Source: Phoronis australis (lineage: Eukaryota; Animalia; Phoronida). Taken from it: 64,000 nt of DNA. Below the pieces are notes generated by a model. That model did not search any database, was not told where the DNA came from, and saw only the letters and a program-made list of their open reading frames with translations. A program made the translations under genes and the position numbers. Below, one piece after another: positions 1-12,800 of the stretch (the first letter of the stretch is position 1; every line of letters begins with the position of its first letter). The stretch is taken from the NCBI GenBank assembly GCA_002633005.1, contig NMRA01000442.1:307074-371073 (forward strand). The letters are read 5' to 3'.

Positions 1-717
1 GTGTATCATCCCAAACACTATGGAGTGCAACAACTACAGCTATTGGTAAAAATTCTCCAGTCTGGGCAATCTCTAAAATTTGGGACACCGAAATTCAAGT
101 CGAAATTGAGTTTTCTTGAATTCTGAATATTGGGCCATGAGCAATTTTGGCATTCATCATATTTTTCACTTGCAGACACTGTCTACTTGTTTGTATCAAC
201 CGAATCTGAAAATAAACTATATGTGATTCAAAAAATCCTTGAAGATGGGCACCAGTTAGACATTTTCAAGCGTCCCATAGTGTGTAACATTGATGTGAAT
301 GGCCTATTTCTTTGGTACAAGCTCTGAGCTAGAGTATAATAATCAACTTTTCACTGTCCCAAACTGGAAACTTTTATCTCAGATACAACTAAGCAAAATA
401 AAATGAAAGACATTTAATTCACAACCAATGTTTGTGGGACAAAGAAGGCATACTAACTGGCTGGAATGAGTTGATTGGCAAGTTGGAACTATCCAATAAG
501 GTCACTTCAGTGACGGAGGGCATTACAATTACGTAAAACACAACAACTGAGACAAAGTGTGTAGTGTATTGACAACAAAAGATCAGAAACAGTAATTGCA
601 AACTGATCGTAGACGTGCTTAATCCCAGAATACCTTACAGTACAAACTACAAACTACAGTGCCATCTACTGTACAACGTGGAACTACTGATACAGTACAA
701 AGTGCTCACAAGCTCAC

Positions 718-828
718 CTTGCTGAAAGCCCGATTACACCAAGTACATATGTCAAGAAGAGCCTGGAGCTTGAAAGAACAATTCTGTATGGTGAAACTGA
801 GTAGCTTGGAGAATGGCTCTAACATGGA
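718..828 (-). CDS. UNC79: UNC79 exon (SMLEPFSKLLSFTIQNCSFKLQALLDICTWCNRAFSK), 111 nt, phase 0-0
   Basis: cag acceptor, gtgagc donor; LEPFSKLLS...CxRAF motif. Confidence 0.92.
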
Positions 829-3800
829 CTGCAATAGAAACAAAATGGATGCACTTGTCTTGTTAGTTATAATGTCCGACGGAAATAGAGACAATTTACT
901 CAAGTTGCATCATCACGTCAAGTGAACTTTTTTCTTCACCAATCACGCACAGAGCTAAACATCAAAATCCGTCTGCTGTGCAGTTCACTGTAGGTCTAAC
1001 GACAACAAGACCGGGAAGATAGGGTTTATCAGTTGGCGTAAACAGTGAAGCTTAGCCTTGTGAGACATTATAGGATAGCCACTTCCTCAATGACAGCACT
1101 CTCAAGATTCTGCAGTATTATTAACCACAATGCAGGCACTTGCCCCACAGTTGTGTGCCCTCAACATCAAAATTGGTCCATCATTTGTCATACTAAAGCC
1201 AATAAAACTTTTACTGTTCCATAGCCAGTTGTAACGCTACTAATAATTATTAATCCAACAAAAACTTGAAAAACTTAGTGAGATGTGATTAATTGTTCTT
1301 AAGTTTGTCAGCCTAGTCAATCATACGATATGCTTTTCTATTTCTGCAAAAGGGAAGAGTTGAATTCGGGATGGGGAAGTTGTCGCATGAGACCAAGAAC
1401 TTGTGCTGCCATCTATTGGATGAGAGGACAACCTTTCTCTTGCATAAAAAGCTTAAGAATTTATCTTGTTTCAAGATGAAGTTCTTCTATGAGTTTGTAC
1501 ATAAAGGAAGAAATGTCCATTTTTAGTTTAAGTGATCAATGTTACAGTACACATTCTTATTCATGAAAGTACTTCATTTTGGGCACAGCTATTTGAAATC
1601 AATGGAGGGTGATAAAACAGTTTTATTAGCTGCCACCACAAAGAAATTCGTTGAATCAAATATACAGCGACCTTGGTTGTCCCCCGCAACAAACACCAGT
1701 CACATACAAAAGTTCAGCTGTTTGTGATGACAGTTTCTGAATTTACAATCTGCAAAATGAAAACTTAAGATGCTTTACCCCCTCAAGATTATAATTTTTG
1801 CGGTATTCAGGTGGAAAAGATTAAGAGTTCTATGTAACAGGAATGACCAATGACAAAAAACGCGGAAACTTTTAAGGCCCAAATCATGCGCGCTACCCAG
1901 CCTTGAAATGGTCGATGTGAACCTTTCCCCGACAAAAATCGGGAGGACTAATTAAAAAAAAAACGTTACCACCATCAGTACCATGCGTCTGCGTCCTTTT
2001 ACCTCGTCGGTCCACTCCCAACCCACACATTTTTGGCTCTAGAGCCGTAGTATTTGCCGCCGCGTTTTACAATAACACGACACGCCATTGAAAATCCCAC
2101 CACGCTTACCCAGACGCCTCGGCAATGTTGACAATTTACGTTCCTCCGCAACATAAAGACCAACTTCCGCTTTTCGAGGTGAACGACGTCTGCAACGCCG
2201 CGGTAAGAAAGGAATTTGCCGCGGAAATTTTATAATATCAAATCCGATTTTTTTACGCGGAAACATAATAAAATGCTCGGACAGAACATTTGAAAAAAGC
2301 GGAAATCCGCGTTTCCGCGGAAAATTCCAAGCCCTGATGTAAGCTATTATGTTCAAAAGACAACTCCACCTCACTATGTAGAAGATAGTTAACTTGATTT
2401 CTGGGAAGAAATGTTATCTATTGCGTTTATCTAATCCTCGTGAAATGAAATTAAAAAATATGTGGCAATGTACCAACTGAAGCAGTTCACTACAGAAATC
2501 CCTGTTCCCAAGTTCCCAATCAAAAAAGCTGGTCATGCACCACACATAAGCACTAATCCATAAAATTCAGACTCTCCACTATGACAATTAGTGACCTGTT
2601 TGCTGTCAAGGGTCATGACCTTTCACTCCAGCAACTCTGACCTTGAATTCCGCTTATACTCAGCCATCACAATGGTGAATTCCGAGTCATTCTGTCCCAT
2701 TTTTTATTGTGCTCCATAAAACCAAACATGTTTACAGTTATAATGTTCTCCCAACGCCAACTGTTATGGATCATTCATAAGTTGCGGTTGGAAGACTCCG
2801 CATCGACTGCAACAAGACTCGTCCACCAGTTTGCCTCATGTCTGTCTGTTCGTACTAACCTTCATGTTGCCAATACCAGGTACTTTCAGTACTGTGGTCA
2901 TGATGTGCAACACCGGCGCCATGTCGCACGGGCTCGGCAGCACCGTCGGCAGACGCCGGAAGAACGTCTCAAAGTGAGGCAGGATGCCGGTCCAGATGGC
3001 TGGGGGCGTGTCCAGGCCGATGCAATCCAGGTAGGTGGCAAGGTTAGACAGGAGAGTGGTGATGGTGTCGGCAGGAAGGTTCTTCTTACTGTTGAGACCC
3101 TGATGAAGAATATACATAACTATTGTATCATATCGTATCATATCGTATTGTATCAACATTTACATTATAATAGTCAATTTAAACACAAAAAGCACCAGCC
3201 ACAGACTCCTATCACAAACTATAAATGAATAGAAGTGACTTAACAATTTACGTTAACCTAAAAGTGGAGGTTTATCACATTGGCATTCCATACGTTAACC
3301 AACAAAATGATGATGTGGTGAAAGCATTAAGAGATACACAAGCACACAATCTCTTGGAAAAGGATAAAAAGTCAACCCTAGTCTCGCTCCAGCCTCCAGC
3401 ATGCAGTCAACTTCATGCAATCTAAAATAGTGTCACTTGTCTAACATTATTCACTTCCTCATCTGGAAACGTACTGAGTTGACTAGCCTGTTGTGTTGTT
3501 CACTTTCACATTTTTAAAACAAAGGCAGCAGAAAATACATAGAACATTGTTGGTTACTATTTTGTAGTCATCCTGTACATAATCCATAATTCAGAGTCTA
3601 ACAAGTTCTTATTATAACAGCCTAAGTATCCTATAAGCAAATACAATACAAAGACAAGTGCATGGTATGAATGACACCAGCACTGTGAATGGACTACAAA
3701 TGAACACAACGCAGTACACGTGGAGAGTAAACACACAGAGGTGTTGCAGTGAGGCATCACTGTATGTGGTGTAAAAAGTAACACACAGTTGTAATACTTC

Positions 3801-6800
3801 AGTAACCATTCTGTGCCCTTCTTGGGGCAGCCTGCCGTTTCTGATAAGTCACATTACGTCACTTCTTCAACGAATCACAAGTTTGACGAAATGGGAATTC
3901 AGCTAGCGCACTGTAGGAAGTTGTCTAGTAAACATTAACTTATCATAACAAGAACTGTAAGAGACTAACCTCCAGGAGAAACTCCAGAGCCATATAACTG
4001 CTGAGGTCGGAGAAGTCCACAAGGGCATTGGCGACAGTCTTGAAGAAGTCGGGATCTGAAAAAGGCTTGGAATTTAATTGAATGTGTTTTCAATTTACTT
4101 TCAACGTTGACAAATAGTGGAGTTTGATGTCTTTCCAATTTGCCAGGACGAAAGATCAGAGAATTACCGTACTCATTCCTGTTAAAGGGACATCATCATT
4201 TTGACAGACGAAAAATGCATTATTTTTGGGTTTATCGCTCAATAGAACAGACATCTTAAGTTAGTAACTTTTGACTATAGTAAACAGTACAATAGAATCA
4301 GCTACGATTTTATTACAAATCGCCAATTCTTGCTGCTGTCTGCCAGACATCTGCGGAAATCAAGGACAGTGACTTCATCAGTAAAATACGCTGGCATTTA
4401 TTGAGTAATATTTGGCTCATCTAGTAGAACAGTTGGCTGCCACAGCAATGGTTTCAGGTTCAAATCCACGTCAGGGGTGATCTCAGAATACCATAATCTT
4501 TACTTTAATGCCTAGAGCACTTAATTTGAATAATTAAAAAAATCTGGGAGTGGGCATCAAACCGAGCATGGGCGTTAAAAAGTGCAAATCGGAAATTTCG
4601 TGGCAGGCGTTAAGCTGAACATGGGCGTTGACCCGGTTGAGTGCTGTATTTGGAACTAAATGAGCTTGAGTCAAAAGTGATTTTATGACGTTTTTACAAC
4701 TGAAATGAAGCAGAAAGAGGTTCTGTAACATATTACTATTTTAGATTAAGATGTCTTTTGGAGCAATTTAAGCATATCTGCTGACAACACAAGTGAAAGG
4801 TATCTTAATATTTCATCCTTAAGTCATTCACGGATGACAGAAATATCTAGTGCCATTACTGTTTCAGGTGACTAAAATAAAAAATAAAAACACGCCGGGC
4901 TAAATCACTTTATTGATTTTAGATTCCGTATGAATATATGTCATACCTTCAATATTACTCTGAAACAGCTGCACAAATATGCCATTGGGGGCCAGTTGAT
5001 GGAGTGTACATCGTAAGAACTGGCGTGCAGCACTGATGGAGTTGCCAGGAACAATAAGGTTGGAGCTGAAATTGAATGAGCCATATAACAGTACTTCCAA
5101 TTAAGTCTATTACAACACCATTTAACAAACAATTCGCAACAAAATAAAGCGGATTCTACAACTACTACTGAATGAAGAACATTGTTGAACTCCAAATTTT
5201 GCACAGTGTGGTCCACTGTGGGACTGTATGCATTTTACAAGGTTGACAAAGGTGAACATCAACCTATACCACTACGCATCATTTTTTACTACATTCTAAG
5301 CAAAAGGAGCCAGTCAAGTATTTTTTTCACTCACTTGTCCGTCTGCCAGGAGTAGGGACTGCTAGCTGCAATTTTGGCCACGGACTGTACCATGTCAAGC
5401 AGCAGGGGGGCAGCTTGGGCTGGTTCACGGTGCACAAAAGTGGACAGCACCGTGATACACAGACTAATAGTTTCCTCCTCGTACTGCTCCAATATGGCGT
5501 TGCACTCTGAGCACCGGTCGACCATCAGCGTCTCGCTGAACCGTGACGGCGCGGGCTTTGGCTGACCAGAGGCCTTAGGCAGGTCAACCTTGCGGCGGTA
5601 CCTTTGGAAGAATTTTAAAGGGACATTTCATCCCAACAGCTGAAGTATGACGATCATCAAATAGGTCGATTCGCACGTCAACCAAAATGGTCTCAAAATT
5701 TTCATACATAACGTAAAATGGCCATGAAGTAGTGCCATGGTAACGAGTACGATAGAAAAGTCATTTTGATAGTACTATTTAGTTCCCTAGAGCAATTCTA
5801 ACATTACGAAGATTGGTTATGTGAGAGCAGAGTGACGTAAATTGTTAGGATGTCGATACCTTGGTTTATTTTTAACTTTAGATTGCTGGGTCTTCTTGAC
5901 ATCGTCAGGCTTCGAGTTTGACAGCGATGTCGTCATCAGTCCTGTCTTACGAGGTTTCAAGTTCGGAGACAGTTGCAACTGCCCAGGTACCTTCAGGCTG
6001 CCTTCAGCTGGAGACGTTTCCGTTGCAGCCGACTCTAAAAGCATATACAAGATGAACAATTAACCCAAGAGTTAACAGTTAATTCGCCATGATTTTATGT
6101 GGCACTTACACACAGTACCGTCCCTGAAAATAATAAAGGTGCTTAAAGAAACAGATTTCGTCTAAGTTTGTTAACTTTGACAATGTTGACCACCAGAATT
6201 TCAAATCAGGCCAAACAGAAGTCATTTTTGTGCTTTCAGAACACTACAGTGTTCTATGTCGAAAGTTCTCCAATGACAATTAACATTCTATTTTATAAAT
6301 AAAATTTTGCTTACTAGTTAAGGTACTACAGCAAAATTAATGCAATGTGTTGATTTCACTAACTTATGCACAAACCCACCAGTTTCCTTGGCTGTACTTT
6401 CTTCCTCCTTCTTAGGACTAGAGGCAACACGGCGACCAAGTTTTGGTGAGTCTCCACTAGAGGTTCTGGCGAGTCGCTTCCCCACCTCGGAGAAGCTTGT
6501 CTCCTCCTCAATAGTGTTATATCTTAGCAACTTCCCACGATGCTTTGAGCCCGTACCCATGTCTTGAAGTGAGATTTGATGAGAGAGAAGTGAGCCAGCC
6601 TGTCCATTAGCCGGCTGAGGCTCAGAGGGGACGGCCAAACTAGTGGCAGCTGATGTTTTATTCTCCGACGAAGGCTTGTCATCGCTGACTTTCGGTTCCG
6701 CAGATTTCTGTTGTAACATGCAGATAATAGTTTGTTACAATGGTTTGCAGAAATTCACATTTTCTTCAGTCTGTGTATCATTTCAGTGAAAATATGGTGA

Positions 6801-9800
6801 AGAAATTGCAGTGGGTTTCACGCACGACAGCCACAACCATTCAAATTTCACCGTATTCATTGGGGACAATAAGATCACTCTGATAAGGGGTGGTCTACAC
6901 AAGTCAAGTCCATTGTGACACCCAGGCAGGTTGCACAAGGTTGGGACATATCAATACAGATACAGCAGTTGCAAAGCATCAGTCAAAGGAGTTAACTGAT
7001 TTTTGTCACTCAAACAATGAAAAAAGTTCAATTCTCAAAGACGGATTTAGTTTTTATAGTCCGCAATGTCTAAAATCGACAGGAAGAATATTGTCACGCA
7101 GGCAGTGGTTATCACTGATACCCGTCTCTGTTCCGAAATCTCCAAACAAAACAAGGCAGTCATAAAAGTTGAGGTGCTGTGATTGTGCTTCTTGTAAAGC
7201 CAAGTGGTAGGAAGCAATTGACAATTGCCAGTTGGGAAGTAAGATGTATCGCCTAATGCTGTAGAGCAAAAGACAATGCTCTGAAGGAACAAGGTTAGAA
7301 CACTATTTATTGAAACAGCATAACTGGCACGTTATAATTTGCTTTCAAAGTACACGGGAACAACAAAAAATTAACTGCAGCTCGAGCACAACTGTAATTA
7401 CCACCGGCGAAGGAGACATGCCCCCCTTCTCATTTTCTCGTTCCTCCTGGCCTAAGTGAGATTCTTTGATGGACTTCTCAATGACATACTGCTCAAAACT
7501 GAGCTCCAGAGTTTTCTGAAAGACAAGTTCATGTGTCCCATCAAAGAGTGGTAATAAGTATATTAAAAGCCAATGACTATTCACTCTGCAGAAGCTGCTG
7601 GTCATTCATTCAGTTTCTTGCTATTAACTTCACATGTCACTGCAAAGCATATACATGATAACTGTACATAACATATTAGATATTCTTAATACTGACCTAT
7701 GTTCAACTAAAACCTGTATCAAGATTCAATATTATGGTACTACAGTGAAACCAAATAACATTGCCCACCTAAAGACAGGGGTATACAAACCCCCATATGC
7801 CCCTTCAGTGATTTTCAATGTCAAAAGCTTATTTGAATTAGATCACTGCACAGTATAAGTGGTTTTTATGAATTACTGTTTCTCACTCTTTTAAGCATGT
7901 GGTATTGAACACTAAAATTATGTCCTGTCATCAGTTAGGAATAATACACTCTCTTGTATGCACACACAATGCAACAGCTGCCCGATACCCGTTACATAAA
8001 TGGACAGAACATAAATAGACATGTATTCCAGGATCTTAAATCAGACACTTCCTCTGACGATGACAGATTCCATTGAAGATCCAAGAACAGATGCATTCAG
8101 ATATTTATGTCCAAGTCGCTTGTGCAATGGACACTGGCAGTTGCCACATTGTATGTAAGTTCAAAAGCATTGTGTCATTCCAAACTTACGAGAATACTCT
8201 GAGGAAACTAGAATCTGCAAAAACGTGTGTCCAACAGCACTGTGTCTAACAGCACGCGTGTCCAACAGCACGCGTGTCCAACAGCACGCGTGTCCAACCG
8301 CACGCGTGTCCAACCGCACGCGTGTCCAACAGCACGCGTGTCCAAGAGCACGCGTGTCCAAGAGCACGCGTGTCCAAGAGCACGCGTGTCCAAGAGCACG
8401 CGTGTCCAAGAGCACGCGTGTCCAACAGCACGCGTGTTCAACAGCACGCGTGTCCAACAGCACGCGTGTTCAATAGCACGCGCTTAGATAGTCAAGACTG
8501 TCCAACTTACAGGTTTCTCCGCGACCTTGTTCCCTTGCTTTCCGGACTTGACCTCTTCTGCTTCATCTTTAGACTTTTCTGATTCTGACTCTGGCACGCT
8601 GTAGTCCGGCAGTTTACGCGGCGGACGCCTCGGCTTCACCGGTTTCTTTGGGGTAGGTGGCGCCTCCTTATTCCTTGCTGCTGCTGCCTCTTGCAATTTC
8701 TGAATATGTGAGCATAATGTCTTAGAAACAATCATAACTTGTTCATCTTGTAGAAAAATTCCACGTTTCCAAACGCGTATCAAATTTTAACAAACAACTC
8801 CTAAAACAGCAATATCTCCTTCAAAGCAACATGAAGCAACAAGATCTTTTCTCAACTTTTTATTGTCTATTTACATCAACCTCTAGCCTATTTACACGTG
8901 GAAGATGTTTCAGTCGGTCATTTCTCCGGCCATCTTCAAGGGTTGAATGACCAAAACGTTGTGCAATTGTAAATGAGTTGAACAGGTGTAAAGTTAACAG
9001 ACATACAAATCTTAGAAATAACATCATTACATCACCGCTTCAAGTTTCAGAAAATCATTGTGAGAATAGCACAGCCAAAGTCCCAACCTTTGAACTAAGA
9101 GAAAATCAAGCATTTGACAGATAAACCAACATCTGAAGCTGTCATGGAACACCTGTCAGTCTATTGAAAAACGAAACGAGCATTTGTCACAGAGTGACTA
9201 AATTGACCCCAAGACATACAAATATTTAAGACAAAACTGAAAGGTCAGCAACAACTGACATGGAGCAACTCAATTTCAAAAGGATTGATCAAGGTTATCA
9301 AAAGCTTTTTTAAGGTACACTTTTTTACCAGTGAATGTGCTGAACAATCTGTTCAGGGTCGCCTGTTACTGTACAGCATGTATTGTGTCATTTTCAAGTT
9401 GCACGCAACTTTAAGTGGTAAGTAACAAGGAAATGCGCCTTTAAGAAACTGTGTCTAACCTGAATCCTAAACTTGACCAGACTCTGCTGGACGTCCGTCG
9501 TCTTGTCAGTTCTGAACATGATAGAGCTGCCTTCCTCTGATTGCGAGCCTAACGTGGAAGGCATACTGCCACCAGCACTCTCTGGTGTTTCCTGGATCTG
9601 CTCGAGGTCACCTACCGACACGTTACTCGTATCTGGAAGCACGATGCGATAGGCATTTTGCGTTGTCAGATATGAATCATGAAACACAACTCAAACTCAT
9701 TCTTGTCAAAAAACCAGAAGCTTAGCAGCATGATAGTTAAAGCTGCCTCTTGCCCTGTTAAGCTGGCTAAACATAATCAAATTAGGCCTTCTACCTCTCA

Positions 9801-12800
9801 TAACATCTATCTCATAATATTCCATACTGTGACAAGAGTTTATTTCCGTTATGGAAAATAAATAGGGACCTTTTCATGCAACGCACCTACTTTAACAACT
9901 TGTTCCCTAATTATTTTCATAGAGAGGGCTCAATTTTCAGACATACAATTAGAAAATGTCACAAGTAAAAGAGAAGCTCAAGATGAAGATAAAGTGATAG
10001 AAATATATAATATTAGTGAGTACAACAAAATCTACAAAATAATGAACTGAAAAGTTGACAACATAGCCAAGACCCTATTGGGACTGTTTCATGCAAGATT
10101 ACCACCCAATTAAAACACCAGTCACAAACATCTTGTTAATAATTTTTCTTGGTTAAACGCCACCCATTTCCAAATATACTGCTTTACCTAATTTCGAGAT
10201 ACTAAATAGTCAGAAAATGACAATTTCTGAATAAAAACGGGAGAGTGCATAGACAACAAGATATTTTTGTACTGAATTAAAACAAACAATAGTGAGGTTG
10301 TCACAAAAGGAACATCAAATATCATTTGCTCTACGGAATACATGACTCGATGCATTATAGAACACAAATATGTAATTATCTCACCTAGTTATCTCCCATG
10401 AGAGAAACAAGGAGAGATAAATCCACATATGAAATTACCTCTGGTCCTTCTCAGCAAGTGGTTGGGTCCCAAGGGTCCATTATCCAATTGTCGACACTTG
10501 TGATGCTGGGCGTTGATAGTATTAATGGTCAGTCGAACCAAGGTAATGGCGATACCCATGGCTGGCTCAGTGTTGTACTGGTACTGAAACAGCAGGGTTC
10601 AGCGTAATTATTGGGGTGTGGCTTGCCTGGAAGATTTGTTGGGCATTGACTGTGTTGATGCTGACTTGGATTAGGGTAATGGCGAAACCTATGGCTGGCT
10701 CAGTGGTATATACAAATACTGGAATGACAAGGTGCTGTGTAGTTACTGGAGAGTACCCATTGGGAAAGGGATGCTCGTACAAAATAGAAATAGCCTCATC
10801 CTCTTGGACTGATCAAGGTGCGACGAAGGTGTTGATTAAAGTGACTAGTAAACAGAACACAAAGCAGATCACAAATGTTTAGGTCAGGATAGCGATGAAC
10901 ATTTTCCAGTTACTAAAAGCCAGGAGTGGATCCGAGACTTTGCTACGAATTATCCCAACATATAAGTCCAAACCCAATTGTCTGTTTTCAATACCTGTTC
11001 AACTTAATACCAATATTTGTCTGAACACCTACCCTACAACAGTCACCGTAGCTATTATACTAGTAGTATGTTCATATTAAGTGTGCAATATGATTCAAGT
11101 ATCTAGTCAATCTCTTATATCTGTGAATCCTCCCACCTTATAGAGGATGACCAAGAGCACAGAGAGCCAGGACTGGCGAGAATGAGGCTCTAGATACCAC
11201 AATGTATAGTCTGGTGGCTGATAGTCGCTGGCGTAGCGCTGTGGAGATGGGCAGTACTGTAGCAGTGACAAGCAGACATGAAGCATGATGTTACCGAGTT
11301 CAAAGTTACGGTCCAAAACCTAAAACAAGAGCAACACACAGCGTTGATATGCATGTACCATCTGCATCTTACTGATATGGGTGTGCCATGCACACCTCGT
11401 TGAAATGTGTGCACCATCTGCATCTCGCTGGTATGCTTGTACCATTTGCATTTAGTTGATATGCACACCATCTGCGTCTTGACACCTGCACGCTGTGTGC
11501 ATCCTGTTGACACGCGCCCACTGTCTGTATCTTGTTATACACGCGTCGGTAAAGATACATAGAATGTTCACTTCTTCAAATCTTTTCACACACTAGAGGG
11601 AGCAACACTAAAGAACCCGCGCTCCGTACAAGAAGAAACTTTTCATTTAGACGACTTACCACTATAGAATTTGCATAAATTAATTCCTTAATATTCAGAT
11701 GATACATCATTTCTGAGTTTGCTAAGAACTGGCCATTCATTATTCCTTAATAAATGTTTGGCATATAAAAAGGCACCATGTGCAAATCCAGTTCATAGCG
11801 TCTGGTCTCAAGCAATAACAAAGCAGCACTTATAGCCAAGCCCAGAACTCACGTCTAATTTGACTAGTGTAAGAAAAATTTGAAACCAATTTCACGTCTG
11901 TAAGTGGTATAAATCAAAAGTTTTTGTGCAGAATTTGTGTTTTTTGCAGTGGAAGGCTGGTTCATTGTCTGAAAATTGGAAAATGGAATACTGATAAATA
12001 TTGCAATTGCTGCAACGAAACATAAGGCAAGATTATATGCTCACACAAATGTATTAAAGTAGTGCATAATATTGCCAGCCCACCTGTGGTAATCCAGCTA
12101 GAAAAGCGTTGAACACAGTGGATGACCTCAGTTTGTACGGAGGAACAATGAATGATTTCTCTGTCTGCACATATCCGAGTAGTATGTAGAGGTGACGAAT
12201 GACTATGTCACGTGACTTTCTGGTCTCTTCGGTTGTTACGTCTGGGTGAGTCATAAACTAGAAAAGATTACAAAGTTCACTAATTCAATCTCTGAAGAGT
12301 AATTACATGTCTGAATTATGTAATGCTGCACATTAACTTATCATTTGGAAAAAGGAGTTCATCCAGGAGTTCTAATCGCCCTCGAGTCCCAAATTCAAGA
12401 ATCACCGGAAAAATGGCAAAATTAGCCACTTTGTAGATTGAAAACACATCGTCTGAAATTTGAGAAACATGGTGAAAGCAAAAACCCCACCATTGTCCCA
12501 AATTCCAGTATAAAAGAAATTCAATTTTTGCGGGTTTCCTTGTCCCAAATTCTAGAGACTCCTAAACTTGAGAACTTTCATCGTAGTATTGAATCCTTTC
12601 CAGTTTCTTGGTATTGCTATTTTTTACTTTAACAAATGAGTCTCACTATGTAGTGCTCATGTTGTCTGTAAAAGTATGGTGGAGGATAATGGATATTAAT
12701 TTCCAAACTACAGAAGCTTTTTCAGGACACAGGCATATAATTAATTACATAAACGCATTTTAGGAGTAGGCAGTTGTTGTTCAAACTCGACAATTATGAG

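Noticed and set aside
2707-3228. 173-aa plus-strand ORF and similar antisense ORFs at 38519 and 54188
   Set aside because: Antisense shadows of GC-rich UNC79 exons; no recognisable domains.
8161-8582. Overlapping repetitive ORFs (HACSWTRVLLDTRA...)
   Set aside because: By-products of the stop-free 16-bp minisatellite; no independent coding evidence.
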